Shown here: positions 8,313-18,091 of the stretch, piece by piece
Layout of the letters: each line of letters opens with the position of its first letter
Position numbering within the stretch: position 1 is the stretch's first letter
From: a candidate division WWE3 bacterium
GTDB lineage: Bacteria > Patescibacteriota > WWE3 > JAUXAW01
Reading direction: 5' to 3'
NCBI GenBank assembly: GCA_030619715.1
Contig: JAUXAW010000002.1
Span: forward strand, 1,221-65,220
Length of the DNA: 64,000 bases
Notes under the pieces: generated by a model
What the model was told of the DNA's origin: nothing
Database searches by the model: none
The model's input: the letters and a program-made list of their open reading frames with translations, nothing else
Made by a program: the position numbers and the translations under genes

Positions 8313-10237
8313 ATGCCGGCCGCGTCGAGATAGGCGAGGATGTACTGGGCGGTGCGGACGATACGGCTGACCCAGGAGTAGTGCCGATTCCAGCCGAGGA
8401 GAACACCGATTTTGGTAGCAAGGCTCGCATTTTCCCGCCAGCCGAGGCGGTGCAGTTCAGAGGCCATTGTCTGCATCGCCGTCGTTTTGTTCCAAAGGTC
8501 AAAAGAGGGATCGCTGACTTTGTGACGGTGGGGCCAGGCGGTTCCGATTAGGAATTGAGAACAACCCAGTGCCCCGGCGCTGCTGCCGAGGGCGGCGGTG
8601 TAGCTTTCGTTGACGTAATAGGCCGCCCGGGAATTAGCGACGCGGATGTCATACTCTTCCCAGTGCTCTAGAGCTTTTTTCAAGATGGTGATCTGGCTCG
8701 GCCAGCCTCGGTTGCGGTAGGCAGTTTCGGCGTCGGAACGACCGCAGTTGGTGCAGTTCGCCGATTCGCCGCTGGTCAGAGCAATAAGAATGCCGCGGTC
8801 GATGCTCCAGCCCCGTCTCGCCGCCCAGGCGGAAATGGATGAGGCGCGGGCAACCAATTCCAGGTCAAGCCCTAACTCCCGGGCCCGCTGAATCTCTTCG
8901 GGAGTCAGTTCGTAGTCAACCGGCTCGGAGGGCGGTTCGTAGGGCTCGGGCTCTTCTTCGGTTGGGGGAGGAACATAGGCCCAAGGAAGAGACAGCTTTT
9001 CTTGAATGGTGAAATCTCCGTAGGCTACCGTTCCCGTGTTCCAGACTTTAGCTTCTTCATCAACGTCAACACCCCATCCCCAGTCGGGAACAAGGGGAAG
9101 ATTCAAAGAGATTCTGATTTCAAAATCCCCCTCTGTTTCACCGTCAAATTCTTCATGGGTTTCCCCGGGAAGGTCAAAGATGGCAAAGGTTGACTCCACC
9201 GTCTGGCCAAAGATGTTTCTTAGGAAGGAGAAGCGGGGGTAAATTTTTATTCTTCCACCGAGGATGTCTTCTAGGGCCTGGCTAACGGAAATTCCTACCT
9301 CCTTTTTGACGACGCAGGCACTGTGCTTGGGTCCCGGTAAGATTTCGTGGCAGAGATCCCCTTCTTCCTCTGCGAGCACCACACCCTCTCCCCGGCCCGG
9401 AGACTTGGACAGCACATCGCCGAGACTGATAAGGACGGGGTGGCAGAGGTCTCCCTCTTCCTTGGTAAGTGAGGCCTGTGAGTTCTCTTGACCGGGGATT
9501 TTGGTCAGAGCATCGCTGAGAAAGTTGGTGGCGTAGTCAAATTCGTAGAGATGCTCGTCGGCTCCTACGATTCTCCCCGTTTCCTCTTCCATCCCTTCAA
9601 CTTCAATTTCCCACCGGCCCCATTCGTTGTAAACTCTTTCCCTCTCCGCCTCTTCCTGGATAAAGAGATAGTTTGGGGGCATCAGTTTTTTCATCACCCC
9701 GTCGTCGAAATCTTCGGCCGGGGTTCCAAAGTAGCGCTGCGTTAATCTTTTGATATGGGCGTGGGGGAGTTCGTCTCCCTTAAGTCTAACCGTCGCCGTC
9801 AGGAGCGCGTTCAACAGGGTGTCGATCCATCCGGGAACGGAGGAGGGGAGTTCAACCACGGCCAGGGGACAACAGCGGTCGGTGGGATAGTCGGGAAGGG
9901 GACACTCTTCGGGTGGAGGAAGGCCGCCGTCGCAGCAGGCGTTATTGCAGGTCTGCTCGCAACCAGAACCGTATACGCAGACATTGGCGTGGCAATATTT
10001 ACAAGGACCATAAGGCTTGGTGTGTTGGGGGTTGTCAAAGTCTCCCATATAGCATCCGCCGCAACCGGGATCGCCAACATCAATGTGAGCGGGGTTTGTG
10101 TTCTTCTTGCCCCAATCGCAGCAATTTCCTGTGTGGTCCTCTTCGATCGGGCCCGGGCACATCCCGACGGCCCGGGCGGGGGAAGAGAAAACAAAGAGCA
10201 AAAAGCAAAAAGCAAAGATCGTGAAAAGCCTTCTCAT
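8309..10237 (-). CDS. secreted Cys-rich protein with C-terminal lytic transglycosylase (SLT_2/MltB-like) domain; VirB1-like candidate
   Basis: Signal peptide. About 100-aa region with more than 25 Cys. Repeated EEGDLCH motifs. C-terminal ...LTSGESANCTNCGRSDAETAYRNRGW...GALGCSQFLIGTAW resembles the E..S/GAMGQ.QFmp motifs of MltB-type transglycosylases. Confidence 0.6.
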   Translation of the reverse strand: MRRLFTIFAFCFLLFVFSSPARAVGMCPGPIEEDHTGNCCDWGKKNTNPAHIDVGDPGCGGCYMGDFDNPQHTKPYGPCKYCHANVCVYGSGCEQTCNNACCDGGLPPPEECPLPDYPTDRCCPLAVVELPSSVPGWIDTLLNALLTATVRLKGDELPHAHIKRLTQRYFGTPAEDFDDGVMKKLMPPNYLFIQEEAERERVYNEWGRWEIEVEGMEEETGRIVGADEHLYEFDYATNFLSDALTKIPGQENSQASLTKEEGDLCHPVLISLGDVLSKSPGRGEGVVLAEEEGDLCHEILPGPKHSACVVKKEVGISVSQALEDILGGRIKIYPRFSFLRNIFGQTVESTFAIFDLPGETHEEFDGETEGDFEIRISLNLPLVPDWGWGVDVDEEAKVWNTGTVAYGDFTIQEKLSLPWAYVPPPTEEEPEPYEPPSEPVDYELTPEEIQRARELGLDLELVARASSISAWAARRGWSIDRGILIALTSGESANCTNCGRSDAETAYRNRGWPSQITILKKALEHWEEYDIRVANSRAAYYVNESYTAALGSSAGALGCSQFLIGTAWPHRHKVSDPSFDLWNKTTAMQTMASELHRLGWRENASLATKIGVLLGWNRHYSWVSRIVRTAQYILAYLDAAGI

Positions 10238-10240
10238 TTT

Positions 10241-10270
10241 AATTTCTAATATCTAATTTCTAATTCCTAA
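10241..10270. repeat. left inverted repeat flanking the second 4HB gene (ttctaat/ttcctaa units)
   Basis: aatttctaatatctaatttctaattcctaa pairs with ttagaaattaggaattaggtaattaga at 10648-10674. Confidence 0.55.
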
Positions 10271-10643
10271 CCTTTTTCTTTCGTGAATTTCTCACAATCG
10301 TGGTAAATACCAGATTCAACTCGTTCGCCTCTTGCCAAAGTTTCCTCGCTTCTTCTTTTAGTTCTGGTATCGCTTTTGCAATCATTCTAAGCCAATGTTT
10401 AGATTCTTTAGATTCCTTCTTGCAGATCCCCAATTTATGTTCAAAATCTTTCTTTGATTCAGCACAATCTGCCTCACAGTAATTAGAACCAACACTAGTC
10501 CCTGCTCTAACTAGTTGACTTATTAGTGGGATAGTGACAACGTTCTTAGGAACTTTCTTGGCAAATTCAATAATATCTTCACCAAACCTAGCCGTTCTTT
10601 CTTCTAAATCGAATTTCCTTTTAGAGCTTTTGTCATTTGGCAT
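10260..10643 (-). CDS. four-helix-bundle protein (IVS protein family), paralog of 982-1335
   Basis: 127 aa. LVRAGTSVGSNYCEADCAESKKDFEHKLGICKKESKESKHWL signature. Confidence 0.8.
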   Translation of the reverse strand: MPNDKSSKRKFDLEERTARFGEDIIEFAKKVPKNVVTIPLISQLVRAGTSVGSNYCEADCAESKKDFEHKLGICKKESKESKHWLRMIAKAIPELKEEARKLWQEANELNLVFTTIVRNSRKKKVRN

Positions 10644-10647
10644 TTCA

Positions 10648-10674
10648 TTAGAAATTAGGAATTAGGTAATTAGA
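10648..10674. repeat. right inverted repeat flanking the second 4HB gene
   Basis: Reverse complement matches the 10241-10270 repeat units. Confidence 0.55.
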
Positions 10675-10684
10675 CATTCGTTTC

Positions 10685-11056
10685 TCACTTCGATGGTTCG
10701 GGGATGGTGAAAACTGGGATATCAAACCCTGCTCCAAGCAAAGTTCCAAGAATGGCAATGATGGCGTAGGCGCCGAGGACGCCGATAAAGCCGAGGACGG
10801 CGTAAGTCAGACTGCTACGCGCGGCGGCGATGGCCTTCTCGTCTCCACCGGCGGCCATATAGCGAATGCCGGAGATTATCATCCAGATGATAAAAACCGC
10901 CCCGGCGGAGAGAATCAGAGCGTTGTAGACACGATTAAAAATACAAACCAGGGCCCGCAGCTCCAACTTATCCCACTTAATGTTCTCACAGTAGTCCGCC
11001 GGTAGGGGTTCCGGAGGCTCAAAGTTGGCGTAGGCTTTGGGGATGAAGTTGAACAT
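10685..11056 (-). CDS. T4SS-type pilin (TrbC/VirB2-like)
   Basis: 123 aa. C-terminal IIWMIISGIRYMAAGGDEKAIAAARSSLTYAVLGFIGVLGAYAII is typical of CPR T4SS pilins (two TM helices flanking a G-rich loop). Confidence 0.7.
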   Translation of the reverse strand: MFNFIPKAYANFEPPEPLPADYCENIKWDKLELRALVCIFNRVYNALILSAGAVFIIWMIISGIRYMAAGGDEKAIAAARSSLTYAVLGFIGVLGAYAIIAILGTLLGAGFDIPVFTIPEPSK

Positions 11057-11158
11057 AACAGTTTAATTTTCAAATCCCAAATCTCAAATCCCAACGAAGC
11101 TCCAAATTGAGCCATTGAGATTTCATTGAAAATTGGAGCTTGAAAATTGTAAATTTCG

Positions 11159-11290
11159 TCATGGTGCCGCTAGCACCGAGACGACAGTCTTGGCCAGGTC
11201 GTTGGGGAAAATCCAGTTGTTCAAAAGCGACACGACCACCAACCCCAACAACAACCCAACGATTTTGGCAATGTCCTCGTTATCGTTCAT
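11159..11290 (-). CDS. candidate 43-aa membrane peptide (MNDNEDIAKIVGLLLGLVVVSLLNNWIFPNDLAKTVVSVLAAP)
   Basis: Below the ORF-track size cutoff. ATG at 11290 with upstream GGGGGTGA SD-like sequence. One TM helix. Sits between two pilin genes. Confidence 0.3.
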   Translation of the reverse strand: MNDNEDIAKIVGLLLGLVVVSLLNNWIFPNDLAKTVVSVLAAP

Positions 11291-11352
11291 AATCACCAAT
11301 CACCCCCTGACGTCTACTTCGAGCGTGTGGCAGTAGAATACTTAATCCAACC

Positions 11353-11697
11353 TTAGAACGGTGGAACGACGTTTGTAGGCACATTTGGCCCCAAGAGTCT
11401 GCCCATGATGACTCTGATAGCGAATGCCCCAATGACCACAATAAACCCAATCACCGCGTTGGTGATCATGTTCCTCGCCGCCTCGGTCCCTTCCTTAGAT
11501 CCGCCCGAGGTGATGTAGCGAATACCACCAACGATCAGAAAGATTACTGTTAAAGCAATACCTACCCAGAAGACGAGATTCATTATCCACCCGAAAATAT
11601 TGGCTAGTGAACCAAATCTGTTCCCGAGCGGGTCTTCCATTACGTCGACATTAACCGCATTTTGCGCCCAAGCAGTCTTTATTAAACTGAAATTCAT
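11353..11697 (-). CDS. T4SS-type pilin (TrbC/VirB2-like)
   Basis: 114 aa. FLIVGGIRYITSGGSKEGTEAARNMITNAVIGFIVVIGAFAI pilin signature. Confidence 0.7.
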   Translation of the reverse strand: MNFSLIKTAWAQNAVNVDVMEDPLGNRFGSLANIFGWIMNLVFWVGIALTVIFLIVGGIRYITSGGSKEGTEAARNMITNAVIGFIVVIGAFAIRVIMGRLLGPNVPTNVVPPF

Positions 11698-11730
11698 CCT
11701 TACCTTTCACCCCCTTCCAGATGCGAATGC

Positions 11731-12414
11731 TTACTGACCCCAAATTGGGATGTTTAAGATACTGATTCCAATTATATTCAAAATCGCCACCGAAAGCAAA
11801 ATCAAAAGGAGGCCGGCGATGGCTGAGGTAATCGTTTCCCTGCCAGCCATCACCGCTTTGGGATCGCCGCTGGAGGTTAAGAGTCTAAACGCGCCGGAGA
11901 TAAGAAGAAGCATCGCAATCCCGCTGGCGACCCCAATCGCAATCTGGAGAATTTTTTCGACCAACGCCGTCGGCTCGGTGGGAATACAGCCGAGCCCGGT
12001 TTCGATGCAGCCGCCTGGGTCAGGTGGGGGTGGTGTGGGTGGTGTGACGCCAGTTATGGTGAATGCAGCGGGGTCACAGATATCGACCACCCCGATGCCG
12101 GAACAGTAAATCTTCGCTTCGTAAGTTCCATTGCCGAAAGGCCCCCAAACAGCATGGACTGACCCATTCACGTCTGGTGTTCCGTCATCTATCTCATAGA
12201 AGAGGATGCTAACATCCTTCCAAACCTTTAGGTCGAATTCGTCACGGTAGCCGACCGGGCAGGTAGTGTCAAAGGAATAATATTCCTCACCTGTTACTGT
12301 GGTAGATGTTCTTGTAGCTTCGACGGTACAAGTGGCCCAGGCGGGGGAAGTGGAAGCGACCAACCAGAGGCTGGCAAGGAGGATTGTGAGTTTTAGTTTA
12401 GTTGAAAGGTTCAT
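11731..12414 (-). CDS. pilin-like protein with extra N-terminal extracellular domain
   Basis: 227 aa. Signal peptide, Cys-containing beta-rich domain, Pro-rich linker. C-terminal AMLLLISGAFRLLTSSGDPKAVMAGRETITSAIAGLLLILLSVAIL matches the pilin fold of the two upstream genes. Confidence 0.55.
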   Translation of the reverse strand: MNLSTKLKLTILLASLWLVASTSPAWATCTVEATRTSTTVTGEEYYSFDTTCPVGYRDEFDLKVWKDVSILFYEIDDGTPDVNGSVHAVWGPFGNGTYEAKIYCSGIGVVDICDPAAFTITGVTPPTPPPPDPGGCIETGLGCIPTEPTALVEKILQIAIGVASGIAMLLLISGAFRLLTSSGDPKAVMAGRETITSAIAGLLLILLSVAILNIIGISILNIPIWGQ

Positions 12415-12431
12415 CGTGTATAATAAAACAA

Positions 12432-14189
12432 ATGGCTATGAAACGCTTTCTACCAATCCTGCTAATTCTATCCCTATTTTCGATTCCCGTCAACCTAGTT
12501 TCGGCGGAAGATGAATACGACAAACTGCAACAGGAAAAAGAGCAGAAGGTGCAGGAGAAAACTGGAAAAGAGCAGGAGAAGGTGCAAGCGGAGCAAGAGC
12601 AGCAAAGCATAGGAACGCAAATATCAAATACCAAATATCAAATATCAAATGTCGAGGGGCAATTGGCCCAAAAGAGGGCGGAGATTGCGATGCTTGGGCA
12701 GAGTCGGGACGATGCCGAGGAACAGAAGCAGGAGAAAATTGCCCAGCGAAACGGCTTGTGGCGGACGCTTTATAAACAGAGTCGAGCCAGTGCGCTGGAG
12801 CTTTTTTTGGGAGCTAATACTTTTGTGAAATTGGCCCAACTTTGGGGTTATTTTGATGCGTCGGTCCAGTTGAGCCGTCAGAATATTCAAACGCTGAATC
12901 TGCAGGTTAACAATTTGACCAAAAATCTTTTGAGTGCCAACCAGCGGCGCGAGCAGCTGGAGGGCGAGATCGCCGGGTTGGAGTCGCAAAAGGTTGGTTT
13001 GGAAATACGCCGCGGCCAGCTGACCGCTTACCAAAATGAGTTGCTGGGTCAAATCGCGGGACTGGAGGGAGAAATTAAGAATATCACCGCCCGGCAGGAG
13101 GAATTGATTCGGCAAAAACTGGCGGCAACGGCGCATTTTACCTCGGTTGGGGAAATCGAGCACGCCGTCGAGGCCCTACCCGACCCACCATTTTCGCCGG
13201 CCTTTGCCGTTTTTTCTTTTGGTTATCCCCACCGGGTCGGGATGAATCAGTACGGCGCTTACGGACGAAGTAAAGCTGGTCAGTCGTACAGTGAGATTCT
13301 TAATACCTACTATAAAGATGTCGAAATCATTGAGTACAATGTTCCCGCAAAAATTAGGGTTGACGGCTACGGCGAGATTGATTTTGAGGGGAATTATCTC
13401 AAAGGCATTGCCGAGATGCCTTCGTCTTGGGGGGATAAGGGTGGAACGGAAGCGCTCAAAGCCCAGGCGATTGCCGCCCGGACCTATGCTCTGGCGGTAA
13501 CTAATAATGGTCAAACTTCAATTTGCGCAACTCAAGCCTGCCAAGTTTACCGTCCATCAAAAGCAGTTTACAGTGAGCGATCAGCGAACTGGCATCGGGC
13601 AGTCGAAGAAACTCGAGGCAAGGTGATTGTTCACGGCGGCGCGCCGATTAAGGCCTGGTATTCGTCAACCGATGGGGGCTACACTAGATTGCCGACCGAT
13701 TTCGATGTTGGGTGGAATTCTTCGCCGCCGTATACTCATCGGGTTAAGGATTTGGACGGTGAGGGGCGGGCCTACGACGGGCCAGGACACGGCGATTCGC
13801 CCTGGTTTCATAAGGCCTGGTACGATACAGCGACCGACAGGCATCCCTGGCTGACGAAAGAAGAACTGATAGATCTTTTTAACGCCACACTTTTGCCGGA
13901 GTCGTATAATGAGCATCTGTCTCAAGAAGTTCCGGTCATTTCCACCGAGCCGGGGTGGAGCAAGGAGGAGGTGCGTGAAGCCCTGCGCAACGAAGGCATT
14001 GAACCGATTGAAGATTTTTCCGAGGTTAAAGTCGCTCACTCCGACGAGGGTTACACGTTTTTGATTCGGGTTTCCACTCCCTCTGGTACACGAGATATTG
14101 ATGGCCGTAGATTTCGCCAAATCTTCGTCCTCCGCTCCCGCGGCCGTTTAGCGTTATGGAGCTCACTTTATGAAATTGTTCAGCGTTGA
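12432..14189 (+). CDS. SpoIID/LytB-domain protein (peptidoglycan-remodelling) with signal peptide and coiled-coil
   Basis: ATG at 12432 (MAMKRFLPILL...). Q/E/K-rich coiled-coil. SpoIID motifs GMNQYGAYG...AQAIAARTYAL...WYSSTDGGYT. Confidence 0.75.
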   Translation: MAMKRFLPILLILSLFSIPVNLVSAEDEYDKLQQEKEQKVQEKTGKEQEKVQAEQEQQSIGTQISNTKYQISNVEGQLAQKRAEIAMLGQSRDDAEEQKQEKIAQRNGLWRTLYKQSRASALELFLGANTFVKLAQLWGYFDASVQLSRQNIQTLNLQVNNLTKNLLSANQRREQLEGEIAGLESQKVGLEIRRGQLTAYQNELLGQIAGLEGEIKNITARQEELIRQKLAATAHFTSVGEIEHAVEALPDPPFSPAFAVFSFGYPHRVGMNQYGAYGRSKAGQSYSEILNTYYKDVEIIEYNVPAKIRVDGYGEIDFEGNYLKGIAEMPSSWGDKGGTEALKAQAIAARTYALAVTNNGQTSICATQACQVYRPSKAVYSERSANWHRAVEETRGKVIVHGGAPIKAWYSSTDGGYTRLPTDFDVGWNSSPPYTHRVKDLDGEGRAYDGPGHGDSPWFHKAWYDTATDRHPWLTKEELIDLFNATLLPESYNEHLSQEVPVISTEPGWSKEEVREALRNEGIEPIEDFSEVKVAHSDEGYTFLIRVSTPSGTRDIDGRRFRQIFVLRSRGRLALWSSLYEIVQR

Positions 14190-15720
14190 AATTCCCAAAA
14201 AAATTATCCTTATTGCTGTTTTAGTTTCTTTTCTAGCGCAGGTTCCTAATATCTACGCCTGGCTAAGAACTCCGGAAGGATACTGGTTTTCCGGATTTAA
14301 CAGTTATTTTAGTCCTGTGGATGTCAATACCTATCTGGCAACGATGCGTCAGGGATTTAGTGGCAATTGGTTGTGGCAAAATCGGTATACGGTTGAAGCC
14401 GTCTCTTCGTATTCTCTCTATACTTCTTACCTTTTTCTTGGGCACTTGGCTCGTTTGGGACGACTCCCTCTGCCTTTCGTTTTTCATCTTTCCAGTTTCG
14501 TTTTGAGTGTTATCTTTTTGTTAGTAATTTATGTTTTAGTTACCCATTTTTTGGAGGAAAAAAAGCTGCGCTATTTTTGCTTTTTTCTTATTGCTTTGGG
14601 AGGTGGGGTCGGGTGGGCGGCGTTACAATCTTCTCCTGATGTTCTCCATAGAGAGGTGCTTGTTTTCTCCACCCTGAATTTGCCTCACTTTGTTTTGGAC
14701 CAACTCCTTTTTATCCTCACTCTTTATTTCGGCTTTCTAGGAATTAGACAGCGAAATATTCGTTTGGCAGGGATTTCAGCGGTCAGTGGTCTCCTACTCT
14801 CAGCGATTCATCCTTACAGTTTGGTCGTGGTTAGCTTGGTTTTGGGAGGTTATGTTTTTCTTTCTGGAATCATTAAGGGTAGCTTTTTGGTGAGATTAAA
14901 ATTTCTTTCGCCGCTCTTGATTGCGAACGCTATTTCTCTGGCGTTTTTCGCGTACCTTTTTTACTTTCGAGCCGATCCTGTTTTGCAGGAATGGATGCGG
15001 CAGCAGGTAATACCATCTCCATCACCGCCTGTTTTCTTCTTTGGGTATGGCCTACTTTCGGTTTTGGGTCTCTTTGGTCTCTGGTATCTTTGGGAAAAGA
15101 GGAATGAAGAATCTCTTTTTCTTCTTTCTTGGATTGTTCTACATCTTTCGGTTATTTATCTTCCTGTCAGATTTCAACTTCTGATGATAAAGGGTTTCTT
15201 TATAGCCCTCTGTCTTCTAGCCACTTTTGGTGTTAAGAAACTTAGTTTTTTGAAAACGGAAAACATAATCTTAATTTTAGTTCTTTCTATGCTTACTCCG
15301 CTGACTTTGCAGATTCTACACATGACGGCGTTAGAAGAAAGGTCTCGTCTTGTTTATCTTACCGCGGGGGAGGGAGATTCTTTCTCTTGGGTTCGGGGAA
15401 ACGTCCCTCCGGATTCTCTCTTTTTGTCTTCGTATATTGTTGGGAACTTTCTTCCGGCGCAGACGGATAGCCGTGTATATTTTGGTCACGGAATCTTTAC
15501 CACCCGTTTTGATCAGAAGAAAAAACTGGTGGATAAGTTTTATGGTGATAAAATGAGTAGGGAGGAAAGGGGGCAATTTCTTGATGATGGAGGCATTGAT
15601 TATGTCTTCTGCGGGCCTGAGGAGAATCGTCTGGGTAGCGATTGTCTTTTCGCAGATCTTAATTTGAGCAAGGTTTATGAAAATGAAAAGATTAAAATCT
15701 TTAAAGTTAAAGAATTATAG
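14170..15720 (+). CDS. polytopic membrane protein, GT-C-like glycosyltransferase candidate
   Basis: 516 aa, about 12 predicted TM helices, large C-terminal soluble domain. Family assignment is tentative. Confidence 0.55.
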   Translation: MKLFSVEIPKKIILIAVLVSFLAQVPNIYAWLRTPEGYWFSGFNSYFSPVDVNTYLATMRQGFSGNWLWQNRYTVEAVSSYSLYTSYLFLGHLARLGRLPLPFVFHLSSFVLSVIFLLVIYVLVTHFLEEKKLRYFCFFLIALGGGVGWAALQSSPDVLHREVLVFSTLNLPHFVLDQLLFILTLYFGFLGIRQRNIRLAGISAVSGLLLSAIHPYSLVVVSLVLGGYVFLSGIIKGSFLVRLKFLSPLLIANAISLAFFAYLFYFRADPVLQEWMRQQVIPSPSPPVFFFGYGLLSVLGLFGLWYLWEKRNEESLFLLSWIVLHLSVIYLPVRFQLLMIKGFFIALCLLATFGVKKLSFLKTENIILILVLSMLTPLTLQILHMTALEERSRLVYLTAGEGDSFSWVRGNVPPDSLFLSSYIVGNFLPAQTDSRVYFGHGIFTTRFDQKKKLVDKFYGDKMSREERGQFLDDGGIDYVFCGPEENRLGSDCLFADLNLSKVYENEKIKIFKVKEL

Positions 15721-17089
15721 TCTGCTAGTCCTAGGATTTTTGGCGGTGTTTTTTGCTTTGTTAAAGCCGGCGACGGATCCCGATTGGGGTTGGCACCGGC
15801 GATTGGGGGAGTTTATTGTTGACCAGCGGCAAATTCCTCGACAAAACCTTTTTTCTTACACATTACCTAGCCATCTTTGGGCCGATTCTTATTGGGCAAC
15901 GCAGGTTTTGATGGTGTTGTTGGAAAGAGCCGTCGGCCTTTTGGGTCTTTCTCTGGTTTGTGCTTTCGTCGCCGCTATTGCCGTCGGTCTGGCGACCGGT
16001 TTCCATCCGTTTGCTTCTTTTCTGGTGGCGATGTGGTTGATACCTTCGACCGGAGTGCGGCCGCTTAATTTTGGTCTTTTATTTTTCTCTATTCTCTGGT
16101 TGCTGTTGCGCAAGCGTAAGTTTCGTATTCTCCCTTTCCTTTTTGTTTTGTGGGCAAATTTTTATGCCAACTTTGTTTTTGGATTAGTTGCCGTTTTTCT
16201 GTTTTTTGGATTGGAGGCGATCCGTCTGCGGAAGATTTCTTTAAGTTTCGTTCTTGTTCCGCTACTGAGCGCCGGCGCAACGCTGATTAATCCTTACGGT
16301 ATATTTCTTTGGAAGACTTTGTTTGCCGAGGCCGGTTCGGTTTTGATGCGCAACACGATTGCCGAGTGGCTGCCTCCCGATGCCCATACCGATTTTGGTT
16401 TATTCTTTTTTGTCTTTTTGTTTTTTGTGGCCTTTTTAATGATTCGCGAACCGAAGAAGTTGAATTTGACCGAGGTAGGTTTGATTGCCCTTTTTGCTTT
16501 GATGGGAATTTTCTCAATTTATTATGTTCCGCTTTTTGCCATTATCGCTGGGCCATTTCTGGTGCGGGGATTGGGGGTAGTTTCGCGGTTCTCAATTTTT
16601 AACGATTCAACGCGGCGGTTTATTAAATTGTATGCCGCTGTCTGCTTGGCGGTCTTTGCGCTGGTGGTTGGTCCCTTGGCGCAGCTACCAAAGGCGGGTT
16701 TGGAGGGGAAGGCTTTGGCGGAGGTTGGCGACTATCCCTACGAGGCGGTGGAGTTTCTAAAGGACAACCCGCAAGAAGGCCTGCCTGCCGGCAGGCAGGG
16801 AAATATTTTTAACGATTACGTTTGGGGCGGTTATCTCGTTTGGCAATTGCCGTCGGTGAAGACTTTTATCGACGGACGGATGCCGGCCTGGAAGGAGGGG
16901 GACGAATATGTTTTTGAAGATTACTTGACGGTAACCCAGCTCAAACCGGGATGGGAGGAGGTTTTGCAGGAATATCAGATCTCTTACTTTTTGATTCGCC
17001 GCGACTCGGCTCTGTCTCAAGCCCTGCGCGTTCATCCGGGGTGGGGGGTAGTTTATGAAGATGAGTTAGCAGTGATTTTTAGACGGTAA
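15683..17089 (+). CDS. polytopic membrane protein, GT-C-like glycosyltransferase candidate
   Basis: ATG at 15683 (MKRLKSLKL...). N-terminal DPDWGWH..LGE motif in the first loop, then 10-12 TM helices and a C-terminal soluble domain. Confidence 0.55.
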   Translation: MKRLKSLKLKNYSLLVLGFLAVFFALLKPATDPDWGWHRRLGEFIVDQRQIPRQNLFSYTLPSHLWADSYWATQVLMVLLERAVGLLGLSLVCAFVAAIAVGLATGFHPFASFLVAMWLIPSTGVRPLNFGLLFFSILWLLLRKRKFRILPFLFVLWANFYANFVFGLVAVFLFFGLEAIRLRKISLSFVLVPLLSAGATLINPYGIFLWKTLFAEAGSVLMRNTIAEWLPPDAHTDFGLFFFVFLFFVAFLMIREPKKLNLTEVGLIALFALMGIFSIYYVPLFAIIAGPFLVRGLGVVSRFSIFNDSTRRFIKLYAAVCLAVFALVVGPLAQLPKAGLEGKALAEVGDYPYEAVEFLKDNPQEGLPAGRQGNIFNDYVWGGYLVWQLPSVKTFIDGRMPAWKEGDEYVFEDYLTVTQLKPGWEEVLQEYQISYFLIRRDSALSQALRVHPGWGVVYEDELAVIFRR

Positions 17090-17140
17090 GTTGTTTCCCT
17101 TGCCCTTTTTGAACGCCTATTATACAATTACGATAGTTAA

Positions 17141-18091
17141 ATGAAGCCTAAAGATTTTCTTGTCCCTGCCATTATTGCTCTCGCTCTTACTGTCCTCAGC
17201 GGCCTGATTCGCGGTTTTCCTCTCCGTTTCCTTGAGCCTATTTTAACTATCCAGATGGTCGGCGCTCCAGCTTCTCTTTTTCCTTTCAGTATCCGCCTCG
17301 TCCCTCTGTTGATTGACTTAGTTTTTTGGTTTCTTCTAGTCTTTGGAGCTTGGTGGGTGTTCAAATCAAAATCAGCAGCTTCGTCGAAGGTAATTTTAGT
17401 CGTAGTTCTTGTTGCATTCGGCATATTTGTTTTCTGGCAATACAGTCTTCACCAAAAACTTTCCGAAACAGATATGAGTTGCGGCGGAGATTGGTCATAT
17501 GCGGTTAAATGTCCCCTCGGTTCCTCCTGCCGCTCTTTGGGACAAGGGCCGTTAGCCGGAGGGCTTTGCAAACCCTGGCTCTCGTCGGTGTTTGAAAGTT
17601 TTGAGAGTCAGGAAAAACAGAGGCAAGCCCCATCTACAGCCCCAACCACCGAACCGACACCTTCTCCTGTACCCACGCCGCCGGTTCAGAAGGGAGCAAG
17701 TGGTTGGTGGGTCTACCGCAACGATGATTACGAGTTTGCAATCGAGTATCCACCTGGTTGGGATTACAGGGATGTCGAAGGGCATCTTCTGGACCTCAAA
17801 GGTGTGGGTATGGGTACGTTCTTCGTCTACAGGCTCGGAGTAGGACCAACCCCGGATGGTATAGACGACCCCACGTTGAGGTTTGAAAGAGAGGAGACTA
17901 CTTTTCAAGGTAGAAAATCCCACTTGATTAAGATTTACAAGGACGGCTTATTGAAACAGATTATTAGGGATATTAATCTGGAAGGGGAAAGCTATTTGGT
18001 ACTGAATCTTGTGATAGAAAACGATGAATTTAGGGATGATGCAGCAACGCTTTTTGACCAAATCCTCTCCACCTTTAAGTTTTTAGAGTAG
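17141..18091 (+). CDS. membrane-anchored protein with conserved C-terminal domain ending ILSTFKFLE
   Basis: 3 N-terminal TM helices, Cys pair, Pro/Thr linker. C-terminal domain is paralogous to that of 50173-51093 (both end ...ILSTF[KE]FL). Confidence 0.55.
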   Translation: MKPKDFLVPAIIALALTVLSGLIRGFPLRFLEPILTIQMVGAPASLFPFSIRLVPLLIDLVFWFLLVFGAWWVFKSKSAASSKVILVVVLVAFGIFVFWQYSLHQKLSETDMSCGGDWSYAVKCPLGSSCRSLGQGPLAGGLCKPWLSSVFESFESQEKQRQAPSTAPTTEPTPSPVPTPPVQKGASGWWVYRNDDYEFAIEYPPGWDYRDVEGHLLDLKGVGMGTFFVYRLGVGPTPDGIDDPTLRFEREETTFQGRKSHLIKIYKDGLLKQIIRDINLEGESYLVLNLVIENDEFRDDAATLFDQILSTFKFLE

